DNA of 64,000 nt, taken from NCBI GenBank assembly GCA_014382665.1, contig JACNJH010000134.1:21103-85102 (forward strand), written 5' to 3'. Within the stretch, counting starts at the first letter, position 1. Each line of letters starts with the position of its first letter. This DNA comes from Candidatus Desulfatibia profunda (GTDB lineage Bacteria > Desulfobacterota > Desulfobacteria > Desulfobacterales > UBA11574). This document shows, piece by piece, positions 18,056 to 27,112 of the stretch. The notes under the pieces were generated by a model. The model had not been told where the DNA came from and searched no databases. It saw nothing but the letters and a program-made list of their open reading frames with translations. The position numbers were made by a program, and so were the translations under genes.

Positions 18056-19843
18056 ATGAGTTTGGGATTAGTATTAGACATTGCCAAAACCGCCCTTGCC
18101 GCCCAAAAGTACGCCCTGAATGTAACGGGTCACAACATTGCCAACGTCAATACACCCGGTTATTCTCGTCAAAGCCCTATCATGGAAGCCCAGGAACCTT
18201 CAACATATGCCGGCAAGGTCATGGGCCGTGGTGTATTGATGAATCAAATCGTCAGGGTCTGCGACCAGTTTATCGAAGACCGGCTCATGCAGGAGAAATC
18301 GAGCATGTTTTCCTCCAAGGAGATGGAAAATTACATGCAGATTCTGGAGAGTTCCTTTAGCGAAAATTCTACAGCCAGTATCAGTTCCATCCTGTCCGAT
18401 TTTTGGAACATGTGGCACGATGTTTCGAACAACCCTTCAGGCGTACCGGAACGGATTGCCCTTTATGAGCACAGCATGCTGCTGGCAGAGCAGTTTAACA
18501 AACTGGATGCCGATTTGGGGCAAATGACAACGGATTTAACCGCTGCCGTCAGCGTCGGCATCGAGAAGGCCAATGAGATCACCGCTAAAATCGCACAGCT
18601 CAATGATAAAATCGTCCGGATGGGAGCCAACAGTTCTGCAAACGACCTTTGGGATATGCGCAACACATTGATTTCGGAGCTTTCCGAATACCTGGATGTC
18701 AAAACTTTTGCCCAAGACAACGGTTCCCTAACGGTGGTGACGGCCATGGGCTACATTCTGGTTCATGCCAACACCAGCTTTGACCTGCAAATGGGCGGTG
18801 CCGGCGGCGATCAGGTGCAGTGGCTGGGTTCTAATGGTGAAACCGTTGACATAACAGACTATATTACCAGCGGTAAAATGGGCGGATGGCTCGATATGCG
18901 CGATGAGATCGTTGCCAAATATAACCTTGACCTTGATGCCGTGGTAAAAGAATTCACCTGGACCGTAAATCAACAGCACAGCCAGGGGATTGGACAGGCC
19001 GGCTTCACTTCCGTTACGGGAACATATTCTGCAACAGCTCCTGCGGCTGCGATCACTGCAAGCGGCTTGTCCTATCAGGATAAAGTTGACGACAGTAACA
19101 AGACCTTCAAAATATGGCTGTATGATACCAATGGTGATCCGTATGATTCTGATCTTGTTACCGCCGGTCTTCAGGGCAATCCAATCACTATCACGGTGAC
19201 ATCGGGCATGACGATAAATGAGCTGGTGACCGCGATTGATAATGGCACAGGTGTACAAGCTTCCCTTGACAGTCAAAATCGAGTGACCATCAGCATAAAT
19301 ACGGGGGAAATAGCAACGCTGGGCTCGCTGGCGTTTTCCGAAGACAACTCGAATGTCCTTGCGGCGCTCGGCATCAATACGTTTTTTCAAGGAGCCGGGG
19401 CGGGATCCATCAGCATAAATTCGGTAATAAGCAATAAGGATTATATCGCGACCGCCCAAATAGACGCAAACGGCAACTATACTGCCGGAGATAACTCCAA
19501 TGCTCTGGCCATGATCGACCTGCAGTACGCATCTACTGCGATTGCACAGTGGACGTGCGACCGAATCAATGGAAACACTCAGGGCAGCATCACGACGACC
19601 ATCGAAGGCTACTATCATGCCATGGCGGGTTCGATCGGGATCACTTCAGCGAGCATCACAAGCTCAAGGGCCTTTAATGAAGCGATGGTAAACAAATTAA
19701 GTGGGATACGGGACAGTATTTCGGCCGTGTCTCTTGATGAAGAGATGACCAATCTTATAAAGTTTCAACATGCCTATACAGCGGCCGCCAAACTTGTTAG
19801 CGTAGCCGATGAAATGATGGCAACGTTGCTTCAGATAAAATAA
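18056..19843 (+). CDS. flgK: Hook-associated protein 1 FlgK
   Basis: N-terminal GHNIANVNTPGYSRQ and a C-terminal VSLDEEMTNLIKFQHAYTAAAKLV. Confidence 0.93.
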   Translation: MSLGLVLDIAKTALAAQKYALNVTGHNIANVNTPGYSRQSPIMEAQEPSTYAGKVMGRGVLMNQIVRVCDQFIEDRLMQEKSSMFSSKEMENYMQILESSFSENSTASISSILSDFWNMWHDVSNNPSGVPERIALYEHSMLLAEQFNKLDADLGQMTTDLTAAVSVGIEKANEITAKIAQLNDKIVRMGANSSANDLWDMRNTLISELSEYLDVKTFAQDNGSLTVVTAMGYILVHANTSFDLQMGGAGGDQVQWLGSNGETVDITDYITSGKMGGWLDMRDEIVAKYNLDLDAVVKEFTWTVNQQHSQGIGQAGFTSVTGTYSATAPAAAITASGLSYQDKVDDSNKTFKIWLYDTNGDPYDSDLVTAGLQGNPITITVTSGMTINELVTAIDNGTGVQASLDSQNRVTISINTGEIATLGSLAFSEDNSNVLAALGINTFFQGAGAGSISINSVISNKDYIATAQIDANGNYTAGDNSNALAMIDLQYASTAIAQWTCDRINGNTQGSITTTIEGYYHAMAGSIGITSASITSSRAFNEAMVNKLSGIRDSISAVSLDEEMTNLIKFQHAYTAAAKLVSVADEMMATLLQIK

Positions 19844-19856
19844 AGGAGCTTCTTTT

Positions 19857-20723
19857 ATGCGGGTAGCAAACAAAAGTGTTTTCGATGTGGCCACATATCA
19901 CCTTGGCAATATTATCGAGGAACTGAATAAAGCCAGTAATATTGTTTCAACCGGCAAGCGGATTAACGAACTTTCCGACGATCCGGTCGGGATTATCCAG
20001 GCACTCGGCATTAGAACCACTCTGGCCAATATTGAACAGGTCAGACGCAATATTTCCCTTGGCAATTCCTGGCTGGCCGCATCCGAAAGCGCCTTGAGCC
20101 AAACGCAAGATATTGTTTCCTACATAAAATCTTTGGCCGTTCAGATGGCCAACGCCTCTATAGATTCGGCCCAGAGGGTTGCGGCAGCGCAAACCGTTCA
20201 AAACATGCTGGAAGAAATCGTGTCTTTGGCCAATACAGACGTGAGCGGCCGTTACATTTTCGCCGGTACAAAAACGGACACGGTTGCATTCAGCCAGAAC
20301 GGCACTTATAATGGGGATAACAACGCCTTTACCATCAAGATCGGGAAAGATGCCACCATGGCAGTCGGCAGCGACGGCCAGGCTGTGTTTGAATCCATCT
20401 TTACGACCCTGAGCACATTTAAGACCGCACTTGAAGCGAATAATATCAGCGGCATCGGGGAAGCCATGACCAACCTGGATGCCGACTTTAATTCCATTAC
20501 CGTGAAAATTTCAGATGTGGGTTCCAAAATGCTTCGCATGGAAGTCAAGGAAAAAATATTAGAGGATTCCAATGTCAGTAATACGGAAAGACTCTCAAAA
20601 ATTGAAGATGCCGATATTGTCGAAGCGATCATGAACCTGAAGGCCATAGAGTTTGCCTATCAGGCGACGCTGGCCTCATCAGCCAAGGTGATGACATTGA
20701 GCCTTGCAGATTATTTGAAGTAA
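19857..20723 (+). CDS. flgL: Hook-associated protein 3 FlgL
   Basis: 288 aa with flagellin-like N- and C-terminal helices ([16 protein letters not shown] ... [23 protein letters not shown]). Confidence 0.9.
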   Translation: MRVANKSVFDVATYHLGNIIEELNKASNIVSTGKRINELSDDPVGIIQALGIRTTLANIEQVRRNISLGNSWLAASESALSQTQDIVSYIKSLAVQMANASIDSAQRVAAAQTVQNMLEEIVSLANTDVSGRYIFAGTKTDTVAFSQNGTYNGDNNAFTIKIGKDATMAVGSDGQAVFESIFTTLSTFKTALEANNISGIGEAMTNLDADFNSITVKISDVGSKMLRMEVKEKILEDSNVSNTERLSKIEDADIVEAIMNLKAIEFAYQATLASSAKVMTLSLADYLK

Positions 20724-20749
20724 AACCATACAAAAACCAGGGACGGTCA

Positions 20750-21010
20750 ATGCTGATACTAACACGGAAGTTGGGTGAACGGATTAATATTGGCGATGAT
20801 ATTATCATTACGCTGCTCGAGATCAAAGGAGCCCAAGTCAAGCTGGGAATCGAGGCACCCAAAAATATCGGTATTCATCGCCATGAGATCTATGAAAGAA
20901 TCAAGAAAGAAAATCTGGAATCATCTGATGTTAGGGACTCTGACCTCTCCGAGGCGGTCTCCCTTTTGCAAAACATCAGCTCGGAGAAAGAGGGCAACAT
21001 TGAAGATTAA
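20750..21010 (+). CDS. csrA: Carbon storage regulator CsrA with C-terminal extension
   Basis: [51 protein letters not shown], plus a tail of about 30 aa. Confidence 0.95.
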   Translation: MLILTRKLGERINIGDDIIITLLEIKGAQVKLGIEAPKNIGIHRHEIYERIKKENLESSDVRDSDLSEAVSLLQNISSEKEGNIED

Positions 21011-21446
21011 AACCACAAGATTCGGAACGATCACGATAACGGAAGACAAAATTATTACCATGCCTTTGGGTATGCTGGGATTTCCAGATCAAAAGCGGTT
21101 TGTAATAATTCGACATAAGGAAAACTCGCCTTTCTTTTGGTACCAGTGTGTTGATGATCCGTCTTTGGCGTTTGTTATCACAAATCCATTTCATTTTAAG
21201 CCGGACTATAAAATCGATCTGGAGCATATCTTAAAGGAGATGTCCTGGAATGGGGACGGGAATAACGGCCATCTGGAATTATATGTGGTTGTTAATATTC
21301 CCAAAGGAGCGCCTCAAAATATGACTGGCAACTTAATTGGTCCTGTCCTGATAAATAATAAAGTCCGCCAGGCAGTCCAGATTGTCATTGCAGACAGCAC
21401 CTATACTCATAAATTTCCTCTTTGCGGCCAACAGGCCACTACATAA
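21000..21446 (+). CDS. fliW: Flagellar assembly factor FliW (CsrA antagonist)
   Basis: An in-frame TTG at 21000 gives (M)[29 protein letters not shown]..., the typical FliW N-terminus. It overlaps the csrA stop by 11 nt. The longer 20775 ORF is an artefactual extension. Confidence 0.9.
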   Translation: MKIKTTRFGTITITEDKIITMPLGMLGFPDQKRFVIIRHKENSPFFWYQCVDDPSLAFVITNPFHFKPDYKIDLEHILKEMSWNGDGNNGHLELYVVVNIPKGAPQNMTGNLIGPVLINNKVRQAVQIVIADSTYTHKFPLCGQQATT

Positions 21447-21629
21447 AGCTGTACGTCCGTGCAAAGTCTTTTCATCCACGTTTAGTGGTTAAATCAAAAT
21501 TGGCTCTTCCGGGTCGGATTTTTAGTGATAAGTTGCGTTTGATGGGCCAAGTTGGCACAAAGTTTGAATACCTTCCAATTGAGCATCGTCGCTCAATTGG
21601 GGTGAGACCTTCCAGAGGAAAATAAGGCT

Positions 21630-22409
21630 ATGAAAGCACCGGATCATATCGGTATTCACTTCAGCAGTTGTCGCCCGGCCTCAAACCGTCAAAGTCAGAA
21701 TTCAACTGATGTGAAACCCGTCCAGGACAGAGGTCCCGGTTCATTTAACAAACTGCTGGCAGACAGCATCGAGAGTATTGGCTCCAGAGGTGATTACCTT
21801 TCTAAAGCGCTGCCCTTAGACCGGGATCAAGTTAAACAACTGTATGAGATGATTCAGACTTGCATGAACGATCACTTGGTTCGTGCCTTTTCTGAGTTTG
21901 ATGACAACAATTCAGTTGATGAATTTAAGCTCGACGAAATCAATAGTCGTCAAATAGGAAGTCAGGTGGAGTCCCATGTGTCAAAATTTCAACAGGACTC
22001 CCCGGGAAAAAAGAAGGGGCTATCACCGGCCGATATTGATAAAACCATTATCCGTGCTTCCAAGACATATGGCGTTGACCCGGACTTGATCAGGGCAGTG
22101 ATAAGGACTGAAAGCGATTTCGATGTCAACAGTACATCATCCAAAGGAGCCATGGGACTGATGCAGCTCATGCCCGAGACCGCCAAGGAACTCGGAGTTG
22201 TAAATTCCTATGATCCCGTTGAGAACATCATGGCGGGAACCCGTTATTTGAAAGGCTTGCTGGAACGGTATGATGGTCATGTTGACCTTGCCTTGGCAGC
22301 CTACAATTGGGGAATGGGGAATGTCGAAAGGCATCCGGAGAGGTTGCCTCAGGAAACTCGAACCTATATTGCCCGTGTTCAAAAATTCTTCGGCCGGGAA
22401 AAAGCTTGA
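21630..22409 (+). CDS. SLT-domain lytic transglycosylase
   Basis: SLT motifs IRTESDFDVNSTSSKGAMGLMQLMPETA and AAYNWGMGNV. Confidence 0.85.
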   Translation: MKAPDHIGIHFSSCRPASNRQSQNSTDVKPVQDRGPGSFNKLLADSIESIGSRGDYLSKALPLDRDQVKQLYEMIQTCMNDHLVRAFSEFDDNNSVDEFKLDEINSRQIGSQVESHVSKFQQDSPGKKKGLSPADIDKTIIRASKTYGVDPDLIRAVIRTESDFDVNSTSSKGAMGLMQLMPETAKELGVVNSYDPVENIMAGTRYLKGLLERYDGHVDLALAAYNWGMGNVERHPERLPQETRTYIARVQKFFGREKA

Positions 22410-22502
22410 TTGCTCAAATTTCGTATCCTCCAGCATTCTTGCCTGAAAATCTTTTGATAAACCGAACTTTTATTCTCTAATTCAATACGTTATGCGAAAA
22501 AC

Positions 22503-22517
22503 TGGCATGATATTTGC
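22503..22517 (+). promoter_or_regulatory. Sigma-54 promoter TGGCAT-GATAT-TTGC
   Basis: Perfect -24/-12 geometry. It lies about 80 nt upstream of the small zinc-ribbon ORF and about 285 nt upstream of the FapA-like gene. Confidence 0.6.
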
Positions 22518-22595
22518 TATGACTTTTAATAGAGACTGATACCCTGGTTCTGAGCCAGCGGCTATGGAAAAGCATTCGTATAACGAGAATGCATC

Positions 22596-22742
22596 ATGAA
22601 ATGCGAAAATTGCAACTGCGATACCTACATTATTTATATTGGTGAAGAGCATGAGAAGATCTGCATGGAGTGTTATCAGGCCAAAGAGGTGGACAATGGA
22701 GTGTCGCAAACGGTTAAAAAGCGAAAGAAAAAGAGGTCTTAA
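22596..22742 (+). CDS. Unannotated 48-aa zinc-ribbon mini-protein with a basic tail
   Basis: Hand translation: MKCENCNCDTYIIYIGEEHEKICMECYQAKEVDNGVSQTVKKRKKKRS. It is below the ORF-track length cutoff and has a CxxC...CxxC pattern. It lies downstream of the sigma-54 element. I see no clear SD. Confidence 0.35.
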   Translation: MKCENCNCDTYIIYIGEEHEKICMECYQAKEVDNGVSQTVKKRKKKRS

Positions 22743-22800
22743 TTTGCCCCAATCTGTCGATTAAAATCAATTATATAAACAGGTTAATAAGGGGAAGGCC

Positions 22801-25035
22801 ATGAAACACCTTGCAGTGTGCCCTGCATGTAGCTGCAAGTATCAAGTGCCGGGGGCTTTTATCGGCCGAAAAATTTTCTGTAAGAAATGCGGAACACAAT
22901 TTAAACTGGTCTTGCAGGATGAAAGCAAGCCAAAAGAAACCCGGCCGGATACTTTAGTGTTGCAGGAAGAGGTAGAGGAAATATCTCAGGATGACTCCTA
23001 TTTGCTTATTGGCAAATTGGCTGTAAAATATCGGTTTGCCAGCGTGGAACAAATCAAGAAGGCCTTATGGATCAAGGAACGGAAAAAACAGGATGGTCAG
23101 GAACTGTTATTAGGAGAGATTCTGGTCGATCAGGGGATACTATCTATATCTCAACTGGATTTTCTGCATTCGGTCCAGAAAATGATGGAGACAAGAAAAT
23201 CGGATAGTGATTTTGAGATAATTGCCGTTAAAAACGATTTTGCCACCCAGGAAGAAATTGACAGGGCCGTAAAAGAGCAAAAACGGGTTTTCAATGAGAC
23301 CAAAACCGTAAAAGTGATCGGAGATATACTGGTTGAGTCCGGGGTGCTGACAGCCCAGCAGCGCGATGCAATCCTCATAAGGCAAAAACACCTGACAAAA
23401 GGGGAAAATGATGAAAAGAGAAAACCTGAAGAGCCCGATACTGTGGATCAAGTCGAAATTGATACCGAATTCGAGTTGAGTATTTCAGAAGATCAGCTTT
23501 GCGCCTTTATTCGGCCGTTGGGCGAAGTTCCCCAAGCCTTCACCGCCGCAACAATTATAAATTTTCTGGCGAAAAAAGGGATAAACCCTGGAATCGTCGA
23601 CGATAGCCTAATAGAGGCCTATCTAAGAGATAAAAACAGTCATAAAACGCCGTGGAAGGTTGCAGCCGGCGAACCTGCCAAGCTCGGCAAAGATGCCGAG
23701 ATAAAATATTACTTTAACACCGACCCCCTGAACGTTGGAACAATTAAGGAAGGCGGTTCCATTGACTTTAAAGACAGAGGGATCATCCCCCAGGTAAAAA
23801 AAGGAGATCTTTTAGCTGAGAAAATACCCGCAGTCGAAGGCCCAGCCGGCATTGACGTTTATGGCAATAAAATACTTGCGCCAAAACCGAAAGACAGAAC
23901 CTTTAGGGCCGGCAAAGGCGCTGCAATTTCTGAAGACGGGCTTAAGATCTTTGCCAATACAGATGGCGTGCCTAAGATTTCGCTTCAAGGCAAGGTGCAT
24001 GTATTGCCGCAGCTAGAAATATCCTCAGATGTTGGCTTGAAGACCGGTCATGTGGATTTTGACGGCAAGATTCATGTTGCCGGGGGCATCCAGAATGGAT
24101 ATCGAGTCAAAGGCCACAGTCTTACAGCGGATGAGATTCTCAAGGCCGAAGTGGAGATGACCGGAGATATCGTTGTGGCCAGAGGGATCATTGGCGCAAA
24201 AATCAATGCGGGCGGGAACATCCGGGCAATATTTATGCATGAAGCCGATATTCACGCTATGGGAGACATTGTTATCGAGAAAGAAATCATTGATTCTAAC
24301 ATCGAGACCAGTGGCGCCTGCATTATTAAGGGGGGCACTATTTTATCTTCAAAAGTGACGGCCAGGAAGGGAATATGGGCATCCCAGATCGGTTCCGAAA
24401 TGTCAAAGCCCTGCAGCTTAATGGTGGGAGTTGATCTGATCACAAAAAAGGAGATCGATAAAATTATGGCCCTGATTCCATCCAAAAAGAAAGAAATTGA
24501 AGAATTAAAACATGTTGAGAACACGCTGAATCAGGAATCGAAACAAGCCGAAAATGAAATCGGTGATCTGGCGCAATTACAGGACCGCAGCATGGTGGAA
24601 CGAAGGAAAATTCAAGCGGAACTGGCGGAACATGGAAAGGCAAACGATCAAGCCCAACTGCAGAACGCCAAAACCGTGCTCCAGGAATTGGATTTGGAAA
24701 TAAAAGCAAGGGAAAAAAACCTTGAAAAACTTTTCAATCTACAGGACCGAATTTCAGAGCAACTCTCAGACATTCATCAAAAGATTAAGGTCCACGAGTC
24801 AGAGGTCCGGGAACTTGAGGAAAGGATCACGGAGCTTACGGAGTGGTCGAAAAATGGGAATGCCGTTTCTGAGGTAAAAGTGAACGGCGTCATTTTTCAG
24901 GACACCACTATTGATGGGATTTATTCTTCCTTGATTTTAAAACAAGCTTGCAAGAATGCCCATATAAAAGAGCATAAAATCCAACGTTCGGGTGGGGCAG
25001 TGCAATGGGAGATGCGGGTTTCAACACTTAAGTAA
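22801..25035 (+). CDS. FapA/DUF342-family protein with N-terminal zinc ribbon and T2SSE_N-like helical repeats
   Basis: The N-terminus CPACSCKYQVPGAFIGRKIFCKKCGTQFKL is an MJ0042-type finger. A beta-helix-like region (KIHVAGGIQNGYRVKG...GDIVVARGIIGAKINAGGNIRA...GDIVIEKEIIDSNIETSG) and a C-terminal coiled coil are typical of DUF342/FapA. Confidence 0.75.
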   Translation: MKHLAVCPACSCKYQVPGAFIGRKIFCKKCGTQFKLVLQDESKPKETRPDTLVLQEEVEEISQDDSYLLIGKLAVKYRFASVEQIKKALWIKERKKQDGQELLLGEILVDQGILSISQLDFLHSVQKMMETRKSDSDFEIIAVKNDFATQEEIDRAVKEQKRVFNETKTVKVIGDILVESGVLTAQQRDAILIRQKHLTKGENDEKRKPEEPDTVDQVEIDTEFELSISEDQLCAFIRPLGEVPQAFTAATIINFLAKKGINPGIVDDSLIEAYLRDKNSHKTPWKVAAGEPAKLGKDAEIKYYFNTDPLNVGTIKEGGSIDFKDRGIIPQVKKGDLLAEKIPAVEGPAGIDVYGNKILAPKPKDRTFRAGKGAAISEDGLKIFANTDGVPKISLQGKVHVLPQLEISSDVGLKTGHVDFDGKIHVAGGIQNGYRVKGHSLTADEILKAEVEMTGDIVVARGIIGAKINAGGNIRAIFMHEADIHAMGDIVIEKEIIDSNIETSGACIIKGGTILSSKVTARKGIWASQIGSEMSKPCSLMVGVDLITKKEIDKIMALIPSKKKEIEELKHVENTLNQESKQAENEIGDLAQLQDRSMVERRKIQAELAEHGKANDQAQLQNAKTVLQELDLEIKAREKNLEKLFNLQDRISEQLSDIHQKIKVHESEVRELEERITELTEWSKNGNAVSEVKVNGVIFQDTTIDGIYSSLILKQACKNAHIKEHKIQRSGGAVQWEMRVSTLK

Positions 25036-25067
25036 AACCCTAATTTAGTCAAAACCCTATTATTATT

Positions 25068-26543
25068 TTATTTTTTTCTGCGGACAACCTTCCTTTTTAC
25101 AACCCTTTTGCGCGTCTTTCGGGAAATAGCAGCAACTTTTTGGGACTTTTGCAAAGCAGAATTCATCGTATGCAAGAAATTGTCTGTTGCGTCCCATGGT
25201 GGTGCTTGCCAGTATCGACATGTTGCCCTCGGGCATTTTAAAATCGATTTTCCAGCCCTTTCTGATTCGATTAAAAAGGGATTGTTACACTGCGGGCACA
25301 GAACATGATGGGGTCTGCCCCAGCTGATAAAATTACAGTTTTTATTGGTACATTTGTAATAGGATTTTCCTTTTGTGGTTGTTTCGGCTTGAACTTTTGA
25401 TTGCCTGCATATGGGACATTCCAGGGCCAGATGTGCTTCAAAAGCTGCAATTTGCTGTTGAATGACATCATCTTGGTTGTCTAAGACGTTTTCTTCCAAG
25501 ATGATATCTGATTCAGATTTATTTTCAGCAACCTCGAGCGCCTCCTGGTTTAGTTCTGAAAGGACTTCAGGTTCTTTGGATTCATCACAGGCATAAATGT
25601 CGGTTTGTTGCTGCGTAAAATCCGGTTTAGGTGACGGATCCTGCACTGCGGAAGCGGTTTGTTCTAATGGCGTAATTACCGAGCCGGTTTCTGCCGGGAT
25701 GCCTTGTCCGCCATCTGTATCTTCCCTGCGCACACTCGCCTGCGGGTCTTGAGTTTCAAGATCCGCATCAAAGTCGGTAGCATTCTCTTCGAATTTGTCC
25801 TCTGAAGGAATAAGCCTGCCAAAGTCAACTTTTTTGATTTCAACTTTTCCGGCATAGTTATCAAAAGATAAAATCTTCGGTTCAGATGGATAAACGCGGG
25901 TGTCTATGGCAGGCCGGTTTACCTGGCTGGGAGTCTCCGGTGCGGGCGCAGGAGCTGTCTGTTCGAGCGCTAAGCGCGATTGGTCTTTGCAAACCGATGC
26001 GGCCGGGTCTTTTTTCAAAGGAACACCCTGCCGGTGTAAGATTTGATTAAATTGGCCGACTGCGGAATTCAGGTCTTTGCGTTCGGATTTGACTTCGTCA
26101 ATGGTCTGGAAAAAATAAGCGACAAGATTCATTCCGGGCATCCCGGGAAAGACTTTTTCAAGAAGCCGGCCCGTGCTGATGGCAGGCTTTTGGGGGATCA
26201 GCCTGTCGTTATCAACTTGAATATAGCCTTTTTGGATCATCTCCTGAGCGGTCAGGTTCATATTTCGGCCCAGGTCGAAACCCATGCCTTCCAGCTCATT
26301 GGATAGTGTTTGCAAGGTATAACGTTCAGCAGAAGAGGAAGGAAGACTCTCTATCTCATTTTCACGCTCCATCAGCATAATCAGACAGGATATGATGATT
26401 GAATTCAAAGGCAAAGCGCCAATACCGTATCTGGTTCCAATCAGGCGTTCCAGATGCCGGCCCAGAATCTCATCAAACAATTCCTGAACATTATATTCCT
26501 TATTACTGATTGCTGGTGCCTCCGGTGTCATCGAATTTTCCAT
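25068..26543 (-). CDS. Protein of unknown function with two topoisomerase-type C4 zinc ribbons and a poly-basic C-terminal tail
   Basis: C-terminal CPICRQ..YYKCTNKNCNF and CPQCNN..ILKCPRATCRY, then RKTRKRVVKRKVVRRKK. The N-domain and the P/E/Q-rich linker are unrecognised. The start is ambiguous (TTG 26552, ATG 26543 or 26531). Confidence 0.6.
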   Translation of the reverse strand: MENSMTPEAPAISNKEYNVQELFDEILGRHLERLIGTRYGIGALPLNSIIISCLIMLMERENEIESLPSSSAERYTLQTLSNELEGMGFDLGRNMNLTAQEMIQKGYIQVDNDRLIPQKPAISTGRLLEKVFPGMPGMNLVAYFFQTIDEVKSERKDLNSAVGQFNQILHRQGVPLKKDPAASVCKDQSRLALEQTAPAPAPETPSQVNRPAIDTRVYPSEPKILSFDNYAGKVEIKKVDFGRLIPSEDKFEENATDFDADLETQDPQASVRREDTDGGQGIPAETGSVITPLEQTASAVQDPSPKPDFTQQQTDIYACDESKEPEVLSELNQEALEVAENKSESDIILEENVLDNQDDVIQQQIAAFEAHLALECPICRQSKVQAETTTKGKSYYKCTNKNCNFISWGRPHHVLCPQCNNPFLIESERAGKSILKCPRATCRYWQAPPWDATDNFLHTMNSALQKSQKVAAISRKTRKRVVKRKVVRRKK

Positions 26544-26623
26544 GTTTCTCAATTAGTTATAAAAACAAACGAAAATATCTTGCCGTTCTGATTGCAGCCG
26601 GGTCATCCAGGATCAGCTCTGAT

Positions 26624-27112
26624 CTAGTGTTTATCTTCAATTTCTGAGATCAGCTCGCCGGCCTGGGATGCCAGTTTGGAAATCTTTTCTTGAGGGTTGG
26701 TTGCAGTTGTCGAGGATGCGTCCGTATCGTTAATTTCTGATGGAACCGGCAAGTCGAATTCCGACAAAGCCGATTCATAACTATCCTCAGATTCTTCCGG
26801 TTCAGCGGATGTGCCCTCATCGTTTTTTTCTTGTGATGTGTTCAAATCTCCGGAACTGGTTACAGACAGATAATTACCTTCTCTGTCCAGAAGGATCGCA
26901 AGGACGACAGTGACGTCAAATTCCAATTTATAGGCTATCTGGCCATTAAAAACAACGATATCGCCTTTTTTATATTCAACGTTATCATCGATTTTCAGTT
27001 TATGTTCCTTGCTGAAAATTTCTTCAATTGTTCCCCAATCCAGATCAGCAGTGATGGCATCGATCAGTTCCTGCTCTCCACTTTTGATCACGTCATGATT
27101 TGTAATTTTCAT
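26624..27112 (-). CDS. Hypothetical protein with a D/E/S/T-rich C-terminal tail
   Basis: 162 aa. Its ATG abuts the stop codon of the upstream ParA-like gene with a 0-nt gap. I recognise no family. Confidence 0.5.
   Translation of the reverse strand: MKITNHDVIKSGEQELIDAITADLDWGTIEEIFSKEHKLKIDDNVEYKKGDIVVFNGQIAYKLEFDVTVVLAILLDREGNYLSVTSSGDLNTSQEKNDEGTSAEPEESEDSYESALSEFDLPVPSEINDTDASSTTATNPQEKISKLASQAGELISEIEDKH

Noticed and set aside
18728-19618. A 296-aa minus-strand ORF inside flgK.
   Set aside because: It is antisense to a confidently identified flgK. Its Arg/Cys/His-rich, odd composition is typical of a shadow ORF.
20775-20999. A 75-codon N-terminal extension of fliW (the ORF track starts at 20775).
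   Set aside because: The extension lies almost entirely within csrA in another frame and has no FliW homology. The TTG at 21000 yields the canonical (M)KIKTTRFG N-terminus.
21422-21625. A 67-aa ORF between fliW and the SLT gene.
   Set aside because: It overlaps the fliW 3' end and has an Arg/Lys-rich, odd composition. It contains the hairpin and promoter-like elements and has no RBS.
22482-22709. A 75-aa minus-strand ORF.
   Set aside because: It is antisense to the better-supported small zinc-ribbon ORF and to the sigma-54 promoter. It has no RBS or family resemblance.
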